A stretch of DNA of 64,000 bases, taken from Eledone cirrhosa (Eukaryota). The notes beneath the pieces are model-generated. The model did no database searches, was not told the DNA's origin, and saw nothing but the letters and a program-made list of their open reading frames with translations. The DNA lies in assembly GCA_964016885.1 (NCBI GenBank), contig OZ024741.1, forward strand, positions 377,766,001 through 377,830,000, given 5' to 3'. A program made the translations under genes and the position numbers. This document shows, piece by piece, positions 26,659 through 37,271 of this stretch (its first letter is position 1; each line of letters starts with the position of its first letter).

Positions 26659-27090
26659 ATATTATATAAATGGAAACTATATTTATAAAAGCATATTTAT
26701 TCTATTATATATATATTTCAAGGGTACCAAAACTTTGGTACGCTTTCATCAGATAAAATACGAAGTGTGTGTTTTAAATTTCGACATAACCAAGGAAAAT
26801 ATCTTAACGGTTCAAGTTTTCCTTAGATAGGAAAACTTGAACCGTTAAGGTATTTTCCTTGGTTATGTCAACATTTATAAAACACACTTCGTATTTTATC
26901 TGATGAAAGCGTACCAAAGTTGTGGTACCCTTGAAATATATATAATAGAATAAATATGGTTTTATAAATATAGTTACCATTTATTTAATATCATTGAATA
27001 TTATACTACAGAAAACTTGTCGAGAGCTCTGATCAGTTATAAATATTTATATTTGTTGAATTACCAACACATTGAATATCCCTTTTGCTT
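26655..27090. mobile_element. Near-perfect palindrome (arms ~26655-26823 and 26829-26997) of a PLE-type 3' end with two HHRs
   Basis: Arms are reverse complements around ttcct-tagat-aggaa; HHR in each arm; (TA)n flanks. Confidence 0.8.
26892..26952 (+). ncRNA. Type I hammerhead ribozyme, canonical core; mirror copy at 26698-26760 on -
   Basis: tattttat CTGATGA aagcgtacca aagttg tggtaccctt GAAA tatata TA atagaata. Confidence 0.82.
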
Positions 27091-27118
27091 ACATATATAT
27101 ATATGTGCGAGAAAGTAT

Positions 27119-27221
27119 GACCCCGACGGCAGAGCTCAAGCCGTTTCGACGGCTATTTCTGGACTAAAGGAAGAGTTTTTTTTAGTCTGGTAAATAAATA
27201 GCCGAACTTTTCAATGGGTAC
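27119..27221 (-). ncRNA. Type I hammerhead motif, U3-A8 core, ~20-bp stem II, GUC site (family P4)
   Basis: rc: gtaccca TTGAAAA gttcggctattt..cagactaaa [loop] tttagtccagaaatagccgtc GAAA cggc ttgagctct gccg TC ggggtc; stem I partly decayed. Confidence 0.62.
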
Positions 27222-27689
27222 TTCTTTATATGGGAAGATTGTAGTTGTCAAGAGGATTGGTCAAAATTTGTAGCAGACACAGAAAAGTCTATCATTGCAG
27301 TGAGTGCGGGGTGGGGGTGACTGAACTTGCCTGTAGAACGATAGGGGAATCGTATGTGTAGGAGGGAGAGAGAGAGAGAATCTAATGGTGGCCATTACAT
27401 ATTTAATTTTGGTTTAAACTTGTTAAAAATAGTTTATCTTTATTTATATAATAAAGTAGAAAATGCGAAGTTGAACATATTAAGGCCCTTTATTAATTGA
27501 GCCGTTATACATATTTCAATGACGATATATATCGTGATTTCTTCGGACAGCAAAATTGATTAAAAGGTAATATTTCCGAGGCAATTTTGGCTGGAAGGGA
27601 GTGGACTAAAAAATGTGCATGCATTTTTACTTTAAGTATCCACTCCCTTCATTATACCTTCGCAAGGAGCTAGCGGACGGAGGAATTCT

Positions 27690-30329
27690 TGCGAAAACAC
27701 CACATCACAACGTCGACGACCGGTGGATTGCACCCTACTGCCCACTTCTGCTTAAATTGTTTAACGCCCACATTAACGTTGAATACTGCCACTCCGTCAA
27801 ATCGATAAAGTACGTGTGCAAGTATATCAATAATGGGTCCGATGCTGCGTCCTTTGGTCTTACAATGGAGAACAACCCTACGAAGTAACTCGATTCCAGG
27901 TCGGCCGATACATCAGCAGCAATGAAGCGTTCTGGCGATTCTTCCACTTTGCAATACACCATAACTACCCCCCAATCAAACAGTTGGAGGTGCACCTTGA
28001 ACACGGTCAAAGAGTCTACTTCACCGCCTCCACCGCTGCTGAGATAGCAGAGGAACACAAGGACACCACACTTACGGCATTTTTTAGGTTATGCCGAAAC
28101 GCTCCCTTCGCCAAGACCATCTTCTACTCTCAGGCGCTATCATACTACACATGGAACACAGACAATATAATTTGGTTAAGAAGAGTGAAAGGATAACCCA
28201 TCGAGGGACATCCAGATATGAAAATGTCCCTTTCCCTTGGGAGAGTATATACCAGTCATTTTAACCAACAGGAATGCTTTTATCTCCGCCTTCTACTGCA
28301 TGAGGTGGTAGGACCGACATCTTTCGACGATCTGAAAACAATCAACGGAGAGATTTGTACTTCATTCCGCGCAGTCTGCTTTAGACCGGGTCTACTGGAA
28401 GATGGCACTCAGTGGGATGAAACATTGGTGGAGGCAGCTACAATACGCTCAGCGCGAACTCTTCGACAAGTCTTTGCGGTGCTACTGCAGACATGCGAGT
28501 TAAGCGAGCCTGCATCCTTATGGTACAAATACAAAGAGGCCTTTCCGATGACTACATACACCAAGGGCAGCTGCTACTTCCTCACGTACACCCGACGTAC
28601 GACTCAGCGACGAATTCTTCAACAAAGCTCTCATTGATATCGAGGACAAAATCCTAACTGCCGGCGGAAATGACCTTCCATTCTATGGACTGCCAAATGT
28701 TCAACGAACGGGCTCGGACAAACTTCCGACGGGCATAATTCAGGAAACTGCCTACGACGTCCACGCCCTCGAACTGTTCATCAACCAAAACGAGCCGAAA
28801 TTGTTGCAGGACCAACGGCGGGCGTATGACACAGTTTGCACTTCCATTCGTCAACGCAGAGGAGGTATCTTCTTTTTTCACGCCCCAGGAGGAACTGGTA
28901 AAACATTCGATAATAAACTCCTCCTCGCCAAAGTGCGACAGCAGAAAGGAGTCGCCCTGGCTGTGGCTTCTTCTGGCATTGCCGCAACGCTGCTGCCCGG
29001 AGGTAGGACAGCTCATTTCGCATTTAAACACGACTTCAGACGACACAATAACCTGAAACATCACCAAGGTCTCTGACAAAGCTGAAGTCTTGAAAAGATG
29101 CCACCTAATTGTGTGGGACGAATGCACAAATGGGCCATAAAAGGTCCCTTAAGCCATTAGACAGGACTCTACGAGACATCAGATAATGCAACCGGCCGAT
29201 GGAAGGAGTACCTCTATTGCTGCCTGACGATTTCCGACAAACTCTTCCAGATGTTCCAAAAGACACCAGGGCCGACACTCTGGGGGCTTGCATTAAGTCA
29301 TCTCCCCTGAGGCAGGAAATTACAATTCTGACCCTCACAACAAACATGAGAGCCCAACTGCTCAGCAGCCGACTTCTCAAAGGGCCTCTTAACAGTTGGT
29401 GACGGCACTGCACGTTCAGATGCAGCTGGAGAAATGGCAGTCTCGCAAGTAGGCACCGTTGTCGTCACTGTTGACGACCTCACAGCCTCTGTCTTTCCCG
29501 ATATGGCGACCAACTACAAAAACACGAGTTGGCTATGCGATAGAGCCGTATTGGCTCCCAAAAATGTCTCCGTTGCAAAAAATCAATGACGACCTTCTGC
29601 GACGCATTCTTGGAAACCTCCGTACCTACAAATCTGTGGACAAAGTTGAGGACAAAGATGAGGTTGACGATTTTGCCACATAATTCTTCCTCAATTCCTT
29701 GGACCTCTCTGGACTGCCACCTCATGAACTGCGCGTCAAAGTTGGGACTCCAGTCATGCTGTTGAGGAACCTGGAACCACCACGTCTCTGCAACGGAACA
29801 CGGTTAGTGGTAAGAAACCTCCTGCCGCATGTAATTGAAGCCACAATTCTCACGGGCTGCGGCGCTAGAGAAAACGTCTTCTTACCCAGACTACCATTAA
29901 CTCCATCAGGTACGGAATGCTCCTGTACTCTGTGCCGACTTCAATTCCCCGTTAAACTCTGCTTCGCGATGTAAATCAACAAGTCCCAAGGACAAACGTT
30001 ATCAATGGCAGGCCTGCATTTAGCCCAACCGTGCTTCCCACACGGCCAATTATACGTCGCATGCTCAAGAGTGGGATGCAAGCAGAACTTATTCATACTT
30101 GGGCCCAAAGGCAGAACAAAAAATGTGGTCTAAAGAGAGGTGTTGTGACTCCTCTATTCAGAAGCACTACAGTCTTGTCGGTCTGACATATGGTGAGTAG
30201 ATGCTATTGTTGTATATTTTCAAACTTACCCGTATTTACTTTCAATGCCTCAATATTCATAATTGAGTGGAATCATTAAAAATACTTTAAAGCAATTAAA
30301 CTCCGAGCAACGCCGCGCACTTCTGCTAT
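27690..30329 (+). mobile_element. Helitron, 5'-truncated, degenerate Rep/PIF1-type helicase
   Basis: [122 protein letters not shown]; decayed 3' hairpin ccgagcaacgccgcg followed by ttctgcta at ~30303-30328. Confidence 0.92.
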
Positions 30330-30409
30330 TATATATATATATATATATAAACCACTATCCTAAACCTTGTTTTTAGTAACCACACAGCTCCTTTCGTTTC
30401 ATAACCTTT

Positions 30410-30443
<34 letters not shown>

Positions 30444-30452
30444 TATGTACAC

Positions 30453-30538
<86 letters not shown>

Positions 30539-31120
30539 ACATACACACACATGCTTATATATACATTTATGCGTGCATGTGTACGTTTGTATATGTTTGT
30601 ATCAGTGTGTATATGTGTGTGTGTGTGTGTTTACTCAACCAAACACAAAAGTAATAATATTCAAATGCGTGATTAAATTCCGATCACGCTAAGACTGTCA
30701 ATTTCATTGTCCATCGGTTAATCGTTTCATAGGTTAATGAAATTAACTCAACTAGAAAAATTACTATTATAAAACAAATCAATGTTAGCTGTAGCTTATA
30801 AACGCATTTTAAACGACCGTCTCATATTTCTTCCGTTTATCCAGAACTAATATCTTCATGTCAACAATAACATTACAATGACATTCCAATCGAAATAAAT
30901 TACGACACGTTTTAGAACTCGTATTTATTGAGGCTTCCGTCATGATTCGATCATTGCCAGAGCTACATGTATATCTATGTAATAATATATCCATCTCTAT
31001 ATACATCTATCTATATATCTACGTTTTTTATCTATCTATCTATCTCACTATATATATTTATCTATCTATTTTTCTCTCTCTATCTCCATCTCTTTCTTTC
31101 TATTTCTCTCTATCCCTCTC

Positions 31121-31182
<62 letters not shown>

Positions 31183-31183
<1 letters not shown>

Positions 31184-31420
31184 CCAAATATTAATATGGT
31201 TCATTGATTACTCAATGAATATAGTTTTAAAAGTACTCTACATGCCACTTTTCTGGAGTTTTCTACCAATACTGGAATTGAAACATCAAGACAGTTGAGG
31301 AATGTCATACATCTGACGAGGACGTACTGAAAAAACACCAGAGTACCTTCGAAATATATATAATAAAACATATATTTTGATTATATGAATGTCTTCATTT
31401 ATTAATATTTTGTCTATAAA
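31183..31420 (+). mobile_element. Short PLE-type end (inverted piece 31183-31262 plus direct piece); HHR has lost its stem I 5' strand
   Basis: Homologous to 54580-54882; CTGACGA ggacgtactg..agtaccttc GAAA tatatata at 31313-31362. Confidence 0.65.
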
Positions 31421-31584
31421 TATATATATATATATATATAAACGGAAAAAATGAAACGAAATTTCATTTCCCACTCTTAGTACGGCTGTTACTTAAATAT
31501 AAGTATGTACACGTACATACATATATGCATACATACGTACAGTAGTATGTATATATACATACATGTACACATACATATATATAT

Positions 31585-31938
31585 TTGAAAAGGAAAATCA
31601 GGGTAGAGAGGGAAGTGCTCTCTTCCCAGCATTTTGTTGAAAGATGGGTGAGAGAAGCAAGTATGGCCCGAGTAAATGGGCCTACTCTGATGTGTGTCTG
31701 TAAATTAAAGGTGGAAAACTGGGACAGGGCACTTACCCTGGTGGTCAGGGTTACTCCAGCCTTTTAATGGGCTTTCTTCACATATGTCCCTCGGAAGTCT
31801 CTCCCCTATTGGGAAATTCCTCATTGTTATTTTTTATTACATCATCTGTGTTTTTTTTACACACAGAAATGTATTGCCCTGTACTCTAATTAATGTCTAC
31901 TTTATGTAAACCCTTGTGGTTAATAAAGAAATCATTAT
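31585..31938 (+). mobile_element. 3' fragment of a Tx1-like element
   Basis: KRKIRVEREVLSSQHFVERWVR..MARVNGP, a 3' UTR matching rc of 10245-10530, and the end ccttgtggttaataaagaaatcattatt. Confidence 0.88.
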
Positions 31939-33100
31939 TAAGTACAGTGCGGGAATTCTGATATGGAATGTTGCTGAACAAAAAGAAATGGATAGGAAGA
32001 CTAGGAAGCTATTGACTATCTACATGTTCAACAAGAGGAGTGATGTCGATAGACTCTACTTAAGGAGATCTGAAGGTGGAAGAGGTCTTATCAGCATAGA
32101 GGACTGTGTTCAGATGGAGAAAAACAACCTACACAAATACGTGACTGATAGTAAGGAGCCAATACTCAGAATTGTACTGAAGGAGAGGAAATAGACCAGG
32201 GGATGTCCAAGGAGGAAATATCAACAAGGAGAAAGAGCAGCATTCAGGAAAAATCCCTTCATAGTACCTTCTTTGAGAAAACTGAATTCAGAGATCCACA
32301 GACATGGAACTGGTTGAAAAGAGGAGACCTTAAAAAGGCTACAGAAGGAATGCTAATGGCTGCGCAAGAGCAGGCTCTCAAAACGAAGTGGTTGAAACAC
32401 CATATATACAAGGAGAAGGCTAGCCCACTGTGCAGGATCTGTGGAGAGAGAGAGGAGACTGTGGCTCACATTGTATCCGAGTGTAAACACCTAGCCCAGA
32501 CTCACTATAAGGGCTGGAGACATGATGTGATGGGCAGTGTGATCCACTGGCACCTATGCAAAGTAAACAATTTACCACATTCTGAGAAGTGGTATGAGCA
32601 TAAGCCATAGTCGGTGATAGAAAACGATCAGGTGAAGGTGCTTTGATATTTTAGGATACAGACGAACAAGAAACTGGAACACAATAGACCTGACCTGGTG
32701 GTTTTGGACAATGAAAACAGATGGTGCCTGATTGTGGATGTGGCCTGCTCATTCGACACGAGAGTGCAAGAGATGGAGAGGGAGAGAATTAACCGTTACC
32801 AGGACTTAAAGTGGGAGGTAAAAAGGATTTGGAGCTGACATGAAGACAAAGTGGTCCCGATTGTCATAGGCGCACTAGGTACTATCTCAAAAGGTTTCCA
32901 GTTATGGTTAAAGAAAATTGGCCACGCCAAGCTTTTTGGAACGCTTCAAAAGGCATGCTTGCTGGGAACAGCAAGAACCCTCCGATACGTCCTGAATATC
33001 TGAGGCTGCAGGTAGTGGCTTGATATTCATTTCAACAAACTTTCCAGTTAACTAACATCAATGACTGAGACTCAAAGAACAATAATAATAATAATAATAA
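31939..33100 (+). mobile_element. R4/Dong-like family B, 3' part
   Basis: Aligns to 9056-10200; CCHC and RLE motifs; (AAT)n tail at 33081-33100. Confidence 0.9.
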
Positions 33101-34040
33101 CGTGACTGATAGTAAGGAGCCAATGCTCAGAATTGTACAGAAGGAGAGGATAATAGACCAGGTGATGTCCAAGGAGGCAATAACAACATGGAGAAAGAGC
33201 AGCCTTCATGAAAAATCCCTTCATACTACCTTTTTGAGAAAACTGAATTCAGAGATCCAAAGACATGGAACTTGTTGAAAAGAGGAGACCTTAAAAAGGC
33301 TACAGAAGGAATTCTAATGGCTGCGCAAGAGCAGGCCCTCAAATAGAAGTGGGTGAAATACAAGGAGGGGGCTATAGCCCACTGTGCAGGATATGTGGAG
33401 AGAGGAGAATGTGGCTCACATTGAATCCGAGTATAAACACCTAGCCCAGACTCACTATAAGGGCTGGAGACATGATGTGATAGGCAGGGTGATCCACTGG
33501 CACCTGTGCAAAGTAAACAATTTACCACATTCTGAGAAGTGGTATGAGTATAAGCCAGAGTCGGTGATAGAAAACGATTAGGTGAAGGTGATGTGGGATT
33601 TTAGGATACAGACGGACAAGAAACTGGAACACAATAGACTTGACTTGATGGTTTGGGACAAGGAAAAAAGATGGTGCCTGATTGTGGATGTGACTGCCCA
33701 TTCGACACGAGTGTGCAAGAGAAGGAGAGGGAGAAAATTAACCGATACCAGGACTTAAAGTGGGAGGAAAAAAGCATTTGGAACTGCAATGAAGTCAAAG
33801 TGGTCCCGATTGTCATAGGCGCACTAGGTACTACCTCAAAAAGTTTCCAGGGATGGTTAAAGAAAATTTGCCCCGCCCTGCTTTTTGGAACACTTCAAAA
33901 GGCATGCTTGCTGGGAAAAGCAAGAACCCTCCGATATGTCCTGAATATCTGAGGCTGCAGGTAGTGGCTTGATATTCATTTCAACAAACTTTCCAGTTAA
34001 CCAACATCAATTACTGAGACTCAAAGACCAATAATAATAA
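33101..34040 (+). mobile_element. R4/Dong-like family B, 5'-truncated, inserted in the tail of the previous copy
   Basis: Begins cgtgactgatagtaaggagcc (cf. 32140) immediately after (AAT)n; has its own short (AAT)n tail. Confidence 0.9.
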
Positions 34041-34584
34041 AAATCATCCGCTTATAGTACGTACTAGCTAAAGGCCAGATTGTATAACGGAAAAACCATA
34101 GGCAATTTCGGCTTGGAAAAATAAATTGCACAAAACATTCCTGTATTACAGCCCCACATTATGCCCTAACGGATAGTACGTACTATACGGGGATAATATT
34201 CGTCTTGATGTGGTAGCGAAGTATATTTTATGTTTGTACCATTACTTATTTGTATAGGTAAGTATATATTATCTGTATGTTTTGTGAAGGTACGTCTTAC
34301 ATTCTCGTACGTATATTGCTTGTATTTGTTATTGGCGTATATATTATATTATATATACTGGTACATGTGTATATGGATATGTGTATACGTGAGTTTTGCG
34401 TTTGAGTGTGTATACGGTTTTGCAGAGTGTGTGTATATGTGTACTTTGTGTGTTTGTTGATCTACGTTTAGCGAACATATGTGTATTTACACGTAGGTAT
34501 GTGCGTGCGAGCGTTATATGCGTATTTATTTTTGTATATTTATATACGTTTATATAATTATATGTATACACGCACACACAAACA

Positions 34585-34649
<65 letters not shown>

Positions 34650-34858
34650 TTCGGTCTGAATTTGTTTAGCAAGATTATTTATCTGAAGACGTCTGTTGAA
34701 ACCGATATTGTTATACTTTGGGAGGGTCATGTTGTTCAATAAGAATCACACGCACCATATGCTTCACTTCAATTTATTATAATAAATTTATACATTTAGG
34801 AATTTACAAATTTCCTGTTGGTTGGTTGGTACCACAACCAGATGGTTGTTTATATATT

Positions 34859-34901
34859 GTCATAGTTCTTTCGTCACACATTCTGTGACCTCTTCAGTGA
34901 C
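34859..34901 (-). ncRNA. Minimal type I hammerhead motif in another PLE-type end (~34706-34960)
   Basis: rc: gtca CTGAAGA g gtcaca gaatg tgtgac GAAA gaac TA tgac. Confidence 0.68.
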
Positions 34902-34967
34902 TGGGGGTTCTTTTCTTTGTTTTTTGTGCCTCTCCTTTATTCTGTCCTACGCCATCTCTCTCTATAT

Positions 34968-35171
34968 ATAGGAACAGTTATGACCCCGACGGCCGAGCTC
35001 AAACCCTTTCGACTGTTATTTCTTGACTAAATTAGTCCAGAAATAACAGTCGAAAAGGCTTGAGCTCTGCCGTCGGGGTCATACTTTTTCCTATTTCCCA
35101 CTCTACTACCCTAAGTATTGAGTACTCTAGTGCATGATGGTCCATCTGTTTTCCTTACCACAATTCCTTTG

Positions 35172-35213
<42 letters not shown>

Positions 35214-35363
35214 CGAAGGAAATGTGGTAAGGAACCAGGTGGACCATAACGCATCAAAGTACTCAATACTTGAGGTAGTAGAGTGGGTAATAGGAACCAA
35301 ATTTTAGTCCAGAATTAGCCGTCGAAACGGCTTGAGCTCAGCTGTCGGGGTCTTACTGGTTCC

Positions 35364-35365
<2 letters not shown>
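34968..35365. mobile_element. Two fold-back mini-elements of family P4 (34968-35172 and 35212-35365)
   Basis: Palindromes built from the 3' half of the 27119-27221 HHR plus ~100 bp downstream; homologous to 48037-48204 and 54905-55107. Confidence 0.75.
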
Positions 35366-35395
<30 letters not shown>

Positions 35396-35927
35396 CGTGT
35401 TATGTGTATTTGGTGTATACGTTTGTATGTGTGCGTGTACAGGCGTTGCGTGGGTTTTGTATCTGTGCGCGTGTTTTTGTGCTCGTGCCTGTATTTGCAT
35501 ACCCATAGCGGGTGTTTTCGCGTATGCATGTGTATGTACGTGTATTGAAGCGTGGATGTATATATTTAATTATTGTTTATTGCAAGAACCTCTGTAATTT
35601 ATTTACATATGTCTTAACTCTTAAGCCGAGAATCATTCGGTTTCGTAAACAGAATTTTAGTCTACGACTGCATTTATACCATAAACGTGGTTTTGTCCTC
35701 GCGTGTTCTCACCGCTCCAAATAACGATATATTCTCTTCGTTGTTTGCGTTCTTTGCCAGCGAACCTCTCCACGAACCACAATATCGTCTTCCTGTCTTC
35801 TTTTCCTGGCAAAGTTTTTCGAAATATTTACTTCTGCGTTCACAGATCGATTATTTTAGTTTCAAAGATCCCGGGTGAAAGCGGAGATTCTTTGCCTAAA
35901 CGTTAATCTGTTATTTCAAAAAATAAA

Positions 35928-35996
<69 letters not shown>

Positions 35997-36557
35997 TTGT
36001 GTGTGTGTGTCTTTGTGTATGTATGTGTGTGTGTGCAAAAGGTAAACATAAATAACAACACAATTGGTACAGTATATGGAAGTTATATATTAGATTAAGG
36101 CTTGATATAACAGGAAGAGGAAACAGATAATATCTGTCTGTCTGTGTCTCTGACTCCCTAAAATTAAGTGCCACTCAACCGATTGTTTTCAAACTTTACA
36201 CATGTAATACATATTGTCCTGTGGGTGTTTTTGCGCAAAACATATTACAAAATTCCAATGCACTATGGACCGCATTAGGCGATTAACGATCTCTCTTTAT
36301 AATTCTTAGTCTTTCTTTTTACATAGATACATAAATATCAATTTGCGCCCTTATAATATCACTCTGAATGTCTGCTGTCTGCATTATTACATTATGACGA
36401 TGTGTATGTATATATAGTGTATATATATATAAATTCGCGAAAACGTGTATATATATATATATATATATATTCGCGAAAAGCGAAAACCGACCAAACAGTC
36501 AGTGTGTTCTGTTATTAATTCTGGCAATATTACACAAATATGACCCTCCCCAAGTAT

Positions 36558-36625
<68 letters not shown>

Positions 36626-36631
36626 TGTGTA

Positions 36632-36742
36632 ACGTTTCTCGAAATATTACTTCTGCGTTCACAGATTGATGTTTTCAGTTTCAGAAGATCCCGTTAAGGA
36701 TGAACGCAGCGATTCTTTGCTTAAACTTTAATCTGTTGTTTT

Positions 36743-36745
<3 letters not shown>
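36632..36745 (+). mobile_element. 3'-terminal fragment of PLE P3 with HHR-like motif (36677-36727)
   Basis: agttt CAGAAGA tccc gttaa ggat GAAC gcag cgattct ttgc TT aaact. Confidence 0.7.
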
Positions 36746-36812
<67 letters not shown>

Positions 36813-36920
36813 TTCGTGTACATATATTTTTGCATACACAATAACAAATTAAAACAAACGTGTATGTTTCACGAGGATAAGGATAAATATATATTAAATA
36901 TATATGAACCCTAGAGCAAA

Positions 36921-36950
36921 TCCCGTCAGCACCGGCCCATTCTGCTAGTA
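36921..36950 (+). mobile_element. Possible Helitron 3' terminus remnant
   Basis: cccgtcagcaccggcccattctgCTAG|t resembles the Helitron end at 30303-30328. Confidence 0.4.
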
Positions 36951-37232
36951 TATATATATATATATATATACGTGTGTGTGTGTTTTATATATACATGTAT
37001 GTATGTATGTATGAATGTACGCGTTTGTGTATGTATGCATGTATTTATATGCAGCAAATATGTCCGTGGAAAGAAAAATGGGGAAAAGTGGTCTATCTAG
37101 TACAAAGGATATGATTTAATATGATTCATGCTCGTGGTATGTTTTGCACAGTTATCGTTATTACTCTGAAACCTAAGATGGCGGCCTTACATGTTACACA
37201 TTTGAATCATTATATATATACATATGTGTGTG

Positions 37233-37270
<38 letters not shown>

Positions 37271-37271
37271 T

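Larger units (their letters stand above)
34041..35925 (+). mobile_element. Long 3' tail of PLE family P3, interrupted at its internal (TA)n by other PLE-type ends
   Basis: Aligns to 50262-51520 and to rc of 47495-48810; decayed HHR at 35858-35901. Confidence 0.8.

Noticed and set aside
34677-34706. CTGAAGA cgtctgtt GAAACCG
   Set aside because: No stem II pairing, and the 3' side is cut by another repeat
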